Positions 22,561-33,200 of a stretch of 41,301 bases of DNA are shown piece by piece. Both the position numbers and the translations under genes were made by a program. Where the stretch lies: contig NMRA01000500.1 of NCBI GenBank assembly GCA_002633005.1, positions 267,248 to 308,548 of the forward strand, given 5' to 3'. This DNA is from Phoronis australis (taxonomy: Eukaryota > Animalia > Phoronida). The notes beneath the pieces are model-generated. The model did not search any database. It saw only the letters and a program-made list of their open reading frames with translations, and was not told where the DNA came from. Positions within the stretch are counted from its first letter, which is position 1; each line of letters begins with the position of its first letter.

Positions 22561-24279
22561 CCTTAACCCTGTCCTCTCTCAAATATAGCAATTCCTACTC
22601 GGCACACTGTAGATATTTTTGTAGCCTCAACCAATGAGATAAATTACTCCTATAGCTCACTGGCCTCAAGTTACCTGTACCGGGAATGAAACGTTGGTCA
22701 ACAAGCTTATCAGAGCACGTCTCTTCCAGGAATTCGGCAATACGACAACCGCGTCATCTAGTTAGATGGGTCTATTTATGTACATGTAACTGTATTCAGC
22801 CTACAATCCAATAATGACAACGGTCATCTGAAAGAACAAGAGAATATCATTCCTAAAACTCTATCATTTAGAAACGTGAACGAAGTAGTTGTTAGTCATG
22901 AAAACTGCGTCGAAATTGAAGCTCGAATTTAGGGGTTATCAATTGCGAACTCGGTTTAAAAAATAATAAAAACTAGTTTATAGTATATGAGCGTATTTGG
23001 CATATGCGCCTACATGACTATGATTCTGCACGCGTGCTTATATCCCAAACACTTGAGTAAAACGAAGGAATAAGTTTCTAAAATTCCTTTAAGTTTGATT
23101 CTCTTGTTGAGAAAAGTGTAGATGTCGACGTGTTTTCAATGTTAAAAAGCTAAGTGCGATCATAAGTTACATACTGAATTTAATTTATTTAATTACATAG
23201 GATATTCCGTTTCTTTGAACTATTAAACTTTCGCAAAAGCTATATGCTATGAGTCATCGCAGATTTGTTAAACCAGTCCTGAATCCATCTAAATTTGGTT
23301 CTGATTACAAAGCATGAAAATGCGAGAATTTTTTTTTTTCGATGGACAGGTGAGCTATGAAACTATTCCCCGACTAGACAAAGCACACATACACAAAATG
23401 TACCGAGAGTGGCGTAGATGAAGTGAAATTCCACTCGACAGTATTCCGCGTATCGACCTCGACTTTCGGTTTCGGTTGATACACAGAACGTCGAGTGGAA
23501 TATTAATTAAATCTTCACCATTCTTGGAACGCTTTTTATTTATCCCATACGCTTCGAATTCCTAAGTGTCTTTCAGTTTTTCGGCAGATTTTTTAATACT
23601 TCACCCATACTGTTCATATGACGGATCACATCCTATATGTATGTACTTGCGCGTTAGGTTGCAAGTTTATTACATGAAAAGAGATAACAAAGGTGAAAAC
23701 ATTTGTAATTGTAAATTGAAAATTTCCTGAAAATAGTTAAATAATAACAATATTTGATAACTGTAGTTACCGAGGAATCGGGGCCTGAGTTGCAGTCGAT
23801 ATAAATATTTAGCAAATGAAACCGAGACAGAAGTGTCATATAATTAACATTTTTGTACCAGATGTTATGTTTGGGACCTGATTGTATGTTGAGTGTTATT
23901 TATACTGCTGCAATTGTATTACTTTAAACTATTTTGATCGATGGTGATCGAACAGGCTGACGACATCAAGTTGACATTGACCTACCTTTTGAACTTTCCA
24001 TGTCAGAGCGCACTGCTGAAGTATTCCGGGAAGGGAATACGGAAAACAATATCATATGACCATATTGCACTCGACTGATTTAACGCGCATGGGACAAAAT
24101 TTGATATTCAGTACGCGACATGCTTATGAACTCCCCTGCATTAAGCGAAACTGAAAATTGCAAGAAAAATCTGAATTAACTTCACACACAAACTGTAACA
24201 TAATTATAATGACTGGTGGCCGAACGACAACCACAACAACAACAACAAAAGAAACAAACTGTGAGAAGTGGACTGACAC

Positions 24280-24919
24280 TGTTAGTTTTTTTTTTTTATT
24301 CATCTGTTTGTGTTCTAACAGATAGTTCTTGATTAGCATGACCCCCAAGGTCTGGACAATGATGATGTAATTTGTGCACCAACGAATAGTGTGGAATATT
24401 CTAGAAGAATCTAGCATACAAGTGATTAATGTAATCTGGAACATTCTAGAGCCTAGAATATAGAATGATTGGGTAGAGTCTGGAGAGATCTAGAATGTGC
24501 TTGAATTGGTGACAAGTTCTAGAGCAATGCATTAGTCTATAAATACACAAGCACGGGTTTGTAAGAGTTAGTTGAAAGTTGGACAACAGTTAGTTACAAG
24601 AGAGTTACAGTTGAGTTGCACTGAAGAGAATCAGCAGTTACAGCGATAGTCAACAGAGAGCCAGCCATAGAGACAGCAGGTTATTGAATCAACGAGTGTA
24701 ACAGTTGCTGAAAGTGTCTCAGAAGTTCGTCACAAGTCAAGGCTTTGCAACAGTGGCTGGAGCGTAGAACAGACATTACGTCGGACGTTTTGTTTGAGTA
24801 GGCTTGTGAACGTACGGTCGAGATTAATAAAAGGATTAACTCGAACCAGTCTTCAGTCTATCGTCGCACCCGTCCGAAAGCTAAAAGCACCGGTCTGTAA
24901 CTACCTGCGCCCATCTACA
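24280..24919 (+). mobile_element. Solo-LTR-like element
   Basis: TGTTAG...CTACA termini; TCTAGA-rich U3-like region, TATAAATA at 24538 and AATAAA at ~24826, in U3-R-U5 order. TSD is not clean (only CAC shared), so boundaries are approximate. Confidence 0.55.
24393..24407. promoter_or_regulatory. Perfect three-unit heat-shock element
   Basis: gGAAtaTTCtaGAAg matches nGAAnnTTCnnGAAn; a second imperfect site GAAcaTTCtaGAG lies at ~24439. Confidence 0.55.
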
Positions 24920-25888
24920 CACGGTGAAAATCGTGACACAAACAAACAAACGCGTTGCCATCGCCGACAAACTCTGGGTAAATGTTTTGGTCTATATTTC
25001 GCTCATGTAGTTGACCAATCGTAAAGAGTGCAGCAATGAAAAACGTCTTCACATAGTACGACTGCGAAATTTCAATTCTTGCCGTTTTTGTGTTTGTAAC
25101 TAGTCGTGAACTGTCGCAGACTTCAAAATAATGGGTAACAGAAGTCACGGGGCAATCTTCAAAAACTTTATCTTAAAAAATGAAATTTAAAGAATAAACA
25201 AATCACTGATCAGAATTGCTGGAGCACTTGACGTGCTCAGTAGGGCGATAATTTTAAAACAACCTTGAAAATTATTGTAGAGAATGTCATATCAACCTGC
25301 GAATGGCCTGCCACAAAAATTCAATTCTCAACACTAAATTGGCTATACTAAAATGACATACGTCACATGTTTATTCGTAGAAAATGCTTTGCTCCCTCTT
25401 TTCCAATTATGAAGATGAATTTTTCAACCAATAATCGAGATTTTTAAATAATTATTTACAAAAAGGCATTTCCAATCTTGAGTTGTTTTTTCGTAACCTA
25501 CTAACTGGTACCTGTAAAAGAGAAAGGAAAAACAACCGTTGCCATTTTGATACATCAGTGCTCTCCACGACCAGTTTTAACATGGCTTCAACAGGGTAGA
25601 GTTCAATGATGCTATGACCTCGTAAAAATCTAACCAAAATCACGCGTTCTCATTTAAAATACACAGCAACATCTCACGTAATCTTGCGAAGTCTTGCTTT
25701 TCAGCGATGTCCTAGCCGGTTAATTACTGAACTCAGGGCAGGTTTCATCAGGTTTAGGTGACAGCTGCAACATACGGACATTTTTGCCCATAACAATTAG
25801 AATGTCTGCCACTAGGTCGTGTCCAGTTAGGTCTTTCTGACAGATTTGGATTCTTACTGGACCTTTTCCGTGGGGGGGGGGGGGTTCG

Positions 25889-25904
25889 NNNNNNNNNNNN
25901 NNNN
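25889..25904. other. Assembly gap (16 N) between poly-G and poly-C tracts
   Basis: N run flanked by a G run and a C run, probably a hard-to-sequence hairpin. Confidence 0.95.
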
Positions 25905-25964
25905 ACCCCCCCCCCCCCCCGTCTACGAGCCTGTGGTGTGTCTTGATTATACTCATAGTCATTA

Positions 25965-26415
25965 TTCATTATGTGGGTGTGTTGTTATGTTGTTGAACTG
26001 AGTACCAACTTTCAATACACGAAACTATATATCACAAAATTTTTCGAAGACTACATTGCCCGGTTGCGTGAAACAGTCCCACATAGGGAATAGCCAAGTG
26101 ATCTAAATCTACTGCGTATTTGTGGGTCTGTGGAAACACAGATTGTCTTGTCTAATGATGTTTGATTCTCAATACCAATTCAACTCAACTAAATTTTGAC
26201 TTTGATACAAGTCCAGAGTGAACTCTACGTTGAATTCTCTATATTATCATAGATTATAGACATAGTCTATGATATTATTGAAAATACGTAGGGATCTTTT
26301 CATGCAACGCCCCTAACTAAAGGACCGAGTTCCTAATTGTTCTGGTTGAATTTGGGGCTCAGTTTTAGTTAGTTATATTATGAGAAAATGTCATTAGTCA
26401 AAGAAAAGCTCATAA
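25965..26415 (+). repeat. Dispersed ~420-bp repeat, copy 2 (partner 2105-2525)
   Basis: Colinear high identity with 2105-2525 apart from a 31-bp insertion at 26248. Confidence 0.85.
26248..26271. mobile_element. 24-bp hairpin micro-element with 7-bp TSD ATATTAT
   Basis: ATATTAT-CATAGATTATAGACATAGTCTATG-ATATTAT. The empty site CTCTATATTATTGAAA is seen at 2384-2399. Confidence 0.8.
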
Positions 26416-27099
26416 TTAAGATAAATGATAGAAAAAATATTACACCTGTGCCTAAAGCACGGAACAAATACGAAAAAGATTTAGGGAACTTAGTTGAGTC
26501 CCTATTTGGGACTGCGTTATGCAATAGAACACAGAAGCCTAGTTTAAACACGAAAATAATACCAACACTTGTGATCATGTTGTTCCTAAAGTGTCAAAAG
26601 TGACAGTGTTTTCAGAGTTTGCCAATGATCCGTGCTGAGCTAAAGTGTCCTAGAGGGGAGGGGCCACCGCAGTTTTCGAAGACAAAATTGTCAGATACGC
26701 GCAAAAAATGTACGAGTTGGCTTCCTTTTTGCGTAGTTTGAAGATGGTTTCCTGGCCCACTGCCTCCATCTGTGCACAGTTGTTCTATTTTCCGTAGAAA
26801 TGGTAAAGTCTGTTTCACATCGTCTGCTGACTCTTGGTTGACAGAAACGTAGTAATTCCAAAGAAAATTTTATTGTTCCAAATTGGATTGATAAAACGAA
26901 TTTAAATATTTAAAATTCAGAACTTACAATATATACAAACATAGAACGCCATCAAAGGTAGATGACCCTAGAATCATAAAGATGTACAATAACAGTAGAC
27001 TATAACATGATACAATGAGTTATACCACAATATTAGCGTCGAATGGCAAATACAACCGTGTAATAACCCATTTAGTTATCTCACTAATGGGATAACATT

Positions 27100-27182
27100 T
27101 TGGCGGGAAACCGGGGTCTGTTTCAAACCCGGGCCTCAAGAGTTTCGAGTCGCCGACTTTACAACTATATCACTCAGCGGCT
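27100..27182 (-). mobile_element. Degenerate tRNA-derived SINE head (possible)
   Basis: Minus strand has A-box-like TGATATAGTTGT and B-box-like GGGTTTGAAAC about 30 nt apart; no intact cloverleaf. Confidence 0.3.
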
Positions 27183-27214
27183 GACGTCATCGAACGTGAA
27201 AATAGAATACTTAA

Positions 27215-28332
27215 ATCACAGGCGCTTGGGTTTATCGCAAATGACGTCACTCACTAATATATATAAGAAAACATAAAGGTTGGACACTCGAAATCTGTTT
27301 GCTCAGAATTTTCTACTCAAATGTGCATGGAACTCCACGAAACTAGCATCGGACAACTCTTAGAATACCTTCTTTCATTCGATCTCTTCAAATTGCCTTC
27401 GAGTGGTGATTTGGCGACAAAAATGCCAAAAGAATGCCAAAATCACAAATTCAAGGACCTGATTCCGTGATGTCATGGCAGACGGTCTTCGCACATCCGG
27501 GTTTTGACCGACGCTCCCGAGCTAAATCCGAAAGTCTAATTTCGCGCGGCTTTCGCCGTCAATCCATCGACTACTTGATCATGAGAAGCAGAGAGCACTT
27601 TATTGCCAAATAAATGTAATTACTCACATATTTGTGTCAAATATAAATTATCCTGATACAGTATTGATATGCGAAGTTTTTTGTGTACTGTGATTTCTTA
27701 TGAAGGTTTTATTTTTGGCCAAAACCATTGAGTTAACTCGTCGGCCACGCGCATTGTAATACTTGCACGGGCTGCGTTTTCTGGCCGAGTGTGTGTTGTG
27801 CTTCAATCAAAAAAGTGCGTGATGTCAAGATGAGAAACAAGATACGCCAGTTTATGCAATAAAATTCTAAGTTAAGGGCTAAAATGAGCCGTCAGTGGAA
27901 TAAAGTTACAAATAATCATTAAAATACTAACTTTAACATTCTCAATTAGTTGAGTTTTGGATTAGAGTTATTGAATTTGAAATATAGGTTGCTTGCTCAA
28001 ACTTGAAGTTTCACCTACGTCAGGCGTACAAGTTGAAGCACAACAGAAATCCGCCATGTTTACTATTTCAGGTCCTTGAATTCAGAGTTTTGAGATTGTT
28101 TTGGAAATTCCATCGCCAATTCACCACTCACGAAGACAGTTAATGGGATCTAGGAAAGATAAGGCTTCGAAGGTTTATTCAACACCAGACTGAGGGAGGT
28201 GCAAGCAGATTTTATTTGGATTTTGGACGGTTGAAGTTGGGAGCCTCGGCTTGGCAAAGTTTAAGTGTCCAATTTTTATGTTTTCTTATATATATTGTGA
28301 CGTCATTTGCGATAAACCCAAGCGCCTGTGAC
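27215..28332. mobile_element. 1.1-kb non-autonomous DNA transposon with long TIRs, flanked by TTAA
   Basis: TTAA|ATCACAGGCGCTTGGGTTTATCGCAAATGACGTCAC ... GTGACGTCATTTGCGATAAACCCAAGCGCCTGTGAC|TTAA. Imperfect inverted similarity extends ~250 bp (AATTCAAGGACCTGA / TCAGGTCCTTGAATT). No transposase ORF. Confidence 0.85.
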
Positions 28333-30054
28333 TTAAATGAGCACGCGCAACAATCGCATGTTCAGCAAAGAGCATTGTACCGACATTTATACGCTATGAA
28401 AAATAAGACGCATAATTTCCATAAAAACGATATTTTAATTTTCAGTTGGTTTTGAGTAAACGCATTATTTTACAAAAATAGCTCGGCTTTTCTTAAAAGG
28501 TCACGACCTCCGACCCCCGGCCTCTGGAATAGAAAGTAGTTACAAAGCCGAGGCGAGTCGAGAAAGGTAGGTAGATCGATTCATTGCAATTTTTCTCGTT
28601 CAGTATGTGGTATAAATAGATTATTACATGTTCTCAGTCGTTATACCCCTTATCTAAAGCCCTCGTGGATTTTGTAGAATTATCACCCTCGGGCTAACGC
28701 CCCTCGGGCTATCAGCTCGTCAGAATTAAATGAAACATGAGCAAAAAAATAATATATTCCTATCAGAGTAGCTTGACAATGAAGTCCTGCATAACCTCAC
28801 TCATTAACACATTCACTCAGAAGGAAACCAGTGACTTTTCTGTTTTATCAATCGCGAAACAAAAGAGCCATAGGAGTTCATCTGTTGAAGTTTACAAATT
28901 CAGTGTTAGTGAAATGTCTTTTGTAACATTGTTGTATTCAGACGTTTGTGCTGTCAGATGTTGAATACACGGGACACGTTGCTCAATCTCCTGCAATATA
29001 TGCAATACTTGCTGACCGTTGGCATTAAATTCAAAATATTAGGTCTTGAATTTTTACCTAGAACAATGCCTGTATAAGTAAGGTTTAATAATATAAGTTT
29101 ACTTCGTGATTGATCTGCTGGAAAATTGCCGACCAGAAGACACGATTGCGAGGCCAATCAATGACAAGGTGAATGATATCCTTTGGTTCCTTTTTACAAA
29201 GGTGCATAATTACAAATTCGTGGCACTGATTCTAGCTAAAAGCGTTAGTACCAAATAGCGTATCGGACTCGACCATTTTCGTCAAATGAGATAGGAAGGC
29301 AAAGCGATGAGGAGATAAAAAGATGTAACTAGTGGTGGAAAACAAAGGGGAATGACATAGTATAACTTATCGAAATTTTAATGGAATGTTTAGTTTAATT
29401 GTTTGAGGGTGCTGTAAACTCACCTTTAAAATACTAAATTTTGATTTAGACCACTTGTCGTTATCAAATTAAAAAGATTTTGAGGCTTGAAAAGGACAAA
29501 CATATTGCTATTGCCAGGCTGAATACAATGGCTTCACCCGGCTGTCCATATGTGCTGAGGTGGACTAATTCTTCCCAATCACGGAACCTACTCTTAATTC
29601 GAGTAACAAAAAAGTTGGGACTAAAGTGAATTTTATATTTTTAGCAAACAAAAGGCGAGTTCACAACAGGTTTTCCAGAGAACTAAGCATCTCTGCGTCT
29701 GCACTGTTACACACCGAAAACATGCAGACGACGCATTTTGGCTAAGGACTGGAGTGTGTTCTGTAGGCATATTTTTGCGAGAAAATCATGAACTCGCGAG
29801 ACCATGCAAATACACGCGAGTGAAAGGACAGTGCTTCGCGAATATGCTCCGGAGCTCACTAGGTCATCCTATTAGAATGGCGGGTACTAAACTTGATTGG
29901 TCGGTGAGGTTGTACCTTTTGGGATTGATTTCACTCAATGTTTCCGTTCCATATGTCAAAGTGTTTCGCCACATGCGCAAGCTAGTTATGTCTTGTGGAA
30001 TACAGAGCGCAACCGTGAAATCATTTAGTTTTACAGGGTAGTGCCAATACACAG

Positions 30055-30163
30055 CAGTGGCGGATTTAGAGGTGGGCCACGGGTGCCATGACCCCCTCCC
30101 CCCTTAAACTCTCCCAGATTCCATTTGGCAGTTCGGGGATGAAAAATCCTGGATCCGCCCATG
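30055..30163. mobile_element. 109-bp TIR element with 5-bp TSD CACAG in the Rab B 3' UTR
   Basis: CAGTGGCGGATTTAG...CTGGATCCGCCCATG with CACAG on both sides; absent from the paralogous position (~10580). Confidence 0.85.
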
Positions 30164-30171
30164 CACAGTAG

Positions 30172-30276
30172 TCATCTGTGGCAGCATCTTCTTTTCTCCC
30201 GTTTTTTCTCTTTTGTATTTAATTTCAGTGTCGACGATGCTGTTCCGTAATCCCCAGATTGCGTGAGAAAAATCAT
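30172..30276 (-). CDS. Rab copy B terminal exon (CCHR)
   Basis: ttcgattccag|MIFLTQSGDYGTASSTLKLNTKEKKREKRRCCHR*. Confidence 0.88.
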   Translation of the reverse strand: MIFLTQSGDYGTASSTLKLNTKEKKREKRRCCHR

Positions 30277-33200
30277 CTGGAATCGAAAATCAAAGTTGCA
30301 TCAAGAAATTAGTCAACCACAAGGACACTGAAATAAAATGCGAAAGGATCATCAGTTTTCTGAGTACATAGGAAATCAGGTAGCAAGCTCGTCGCATAGA
30401 TATCGGTAGATAGGGGTATCCATTGTCCACTTTGTTTTTCTTTCTTGTATGGCAAACATTTATCGGTAACAGGCTGGTGTGCGCCCAAGATACGATATCC
30501 ATGCGACATGTATTGTTATGTCCAACAAAGACGCAACAATGGAAAACAATGGAAGTGTCTTATAGGCGATGACCATGCGACGGGATCTCGCAATGACTTA
30601 CGACCTCTATACGACGTTATTTGGCATGGGTAAAGAATAAACAGCTATTTCAAATTTGAACAAGCGAAAACGACTGGCTGGTATAGGCCAGCCTTATGAG
30701 GATGAACCTAACCTATTATAAACTTGTCCTCTATGAATTACAAACTTCTAAATTAAGCTTTTACCGCTATAGAACCGGGTAGCGTTCCGCAAACCAAGCT
30801 GCTTCCGAGAATTGCAATCTCTTGTAAGACCTCGCTAATGCCCGCGAGTAAAAGGTGAATGTTTAGCGAGTATATGCCCGGGAGCTTACGAGGCTATCCT
30901 AGCAAAATAGCGCCCACTGAAGTGACTGGTCGGTAAGATTAGAATGTTGAATCGTGTGGTTGAGGTCATAACTTGTAAGAAATGAGCTTTTGGCTCAAGA
31001 TAGAGTGGCAAACACAAAATATAAAAATGTCGCTAGGGGTCACAGCTGTAGTTACATCAGTCCGAAACACGTCCTCTTTCGTTCGTCGTCAGCTTCATAA
31101 AAATAAGTCTGTCAAATTTTACAAAGTATCTTATACTTATACTTATACTGTCTATAAATAAGTATTTTACAGACACGTTACGTATCTATGGCGTCCTGGC
31201 CGCAGTGTTAGACTCTCATGTCGAATTTTCAATATCAACTTCAAAAATCGTTTGACCTGTTGTCCGAATAGAGGTCGACAACCGGACGACACGAAGTGAT
31301 TAAACTCCTGATTTTCTTTTGAAGGACTAATTTAAATCAAGTTACGCTAAGTACCGTACGAAATCAATAGAAACACTATAAATCTGGTAAGCCACGCCGC
31401 GTGACACTTAAGTAACCATGCCACGTGAAATGCTAACTGTTTGTACCATAGACATCACATTAAGATGTCTATGGTTTGTACTCACACGTTCTAAATCATG
31501 CCTCGACACTAGCATGCGCGCCATGTCTTCAAAAATCCTGTACACTGCGTGGGGCTTTGCCTTAACACTCGTCTCCAGAAAACTGTGCACCAACGGACTC
31601 TCATTAACTTTCTGGAAATAAAGTCTCGTGAGTATAAAGTATTAGTTTCTGACAGATTTGTCCATGTCTATTCAAACGATTTTCACAAACACGCTGGCTT
31701 GAATACTTTGCAAAAATATCTTTACAAAAATATAACACAACACTGTATTAACTAATCACGATGCCTTCCCTCGGCTGTTACAAACGTGCAATGAATAACT
31801 GGCCGGCCTACACTACCTGCACCACTTCCACTACCATTACTAGGCTACTACTAGAAACTACTGCTGCGGAAGTTAAAAAATACAACCATCAAATCAATCG
31901 GTGCATGATTCGTAACAAATGAAATATTACAAAAATAGCAGCGAAAAACGGTATGTCAGCTATTTTTTATGTTTGTTTTTGATTCAGTCCACAGGAGAAG
32001 GTACGGTCACCCTGGACCATCCCCAAGTCCACCTAAGAAAATATATTGTCAGTCTGTGGTTGAAGGGTGCAGTAGGTCTAGCTGTAATGCTAGGTAGGTA
32101 TTGAATTTCTCGACAACATACTGAAGTCAGCGCCAACTAATTAGTATACGAAGCCGGTGCTGAACATGCAAGAAAGTATTTTTGCTAAGTAAAAAACAAA
32201 CTTCCTGCAAGGTGGGCACCTCTTTTCAAAGATAAGTTGTAAGTGCAATCAGACAAACCATGATAAGTGGTGAATCTGTCGCTGTAAACATGTTTCATTG
32301 CCTTATTTACAAATTGCATCAGGTGAACGATGCTCAGGGATATCAAAGTTTTCGAGGATGTCTACGATGAAAAAACAGCCTCAGACGGAACCTCTATTTT
32401 GTCACTAACTCCACAGACAACGTGGTTTGGAAAAATATGGTTAGACAAATTTTGGAAGTATGAAGAACCCAAAGACATTCAACCAACGCCACAGGAAAAT
32501 TGCCAGTTGACCTTCTCAGAGCTTTAAACGAATGTCTCCCGTAAATTCTGGTCAAGTCAGCATGGGCTGCGCAGCACTGAAAAAAGTGAGAAGGCTAAAG
32601 CCCCCTCAGCCCCCCTTGTGGTGCACCGCCTATAGACCATGTGTGGCGTAGCACTGAAAAAAGTGGGGGAACTAAAGCCCCCTCAGCCCCCCTGTGGTGC
32701 ACCGCCTTTTGACCATGTACGGAGTAACACTGAAAAAGTGGGGGGCTTTATCCCCCCAGCCCCCTATGGTGCGCCGCCCATGTATTAGGAACTTTGTGAA
32801 TGAAACTGGTCTCACTATTATCGACGATTTGAAAAGATTATTCTCGGCAAATGCTGTGTGGACAATAAGTAAACACGATATTTAAATCCGGGTCTTTAAT
32901 GAATATGCTTTAATCGAAAATTCGGAATTTTGACGCGATTAGATATTCCAGCTGCCCCGAGTTAGTGTGCTGGCTACTACGCTATGTAACGACATGCCTC
33001 TAACAACGAACAATTTTGGCAGTCTTTTTATTGAATCGAAACCTCGAACAATCTGCCTACTGGTCAGTTTTCATCTCGACATGCAGTGTCCAAATGGCTG
33101 TGTAACCTGTCTTGCGGTGTCAGTCTAGATAGGCGGCAAACGAGAAGTGTCTGATTACACTGAAAGTATATCGGTCAGAGAGTACTCAGCGTACTTTCAG

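Noticed and set aside
22675-22827. Candidate non-coding 5' exon of Rab A (ttctttcag ... CAG|gtaact)
   Set aside because: Only splice consensus supports it and it implies a 68-bp intron; needs transcript evidence.
25720-25969. Gly/Pro-rich ORFs spanning the gap
   Set aside because: Artefacts of poly-G/poly-C tracts and Ns.
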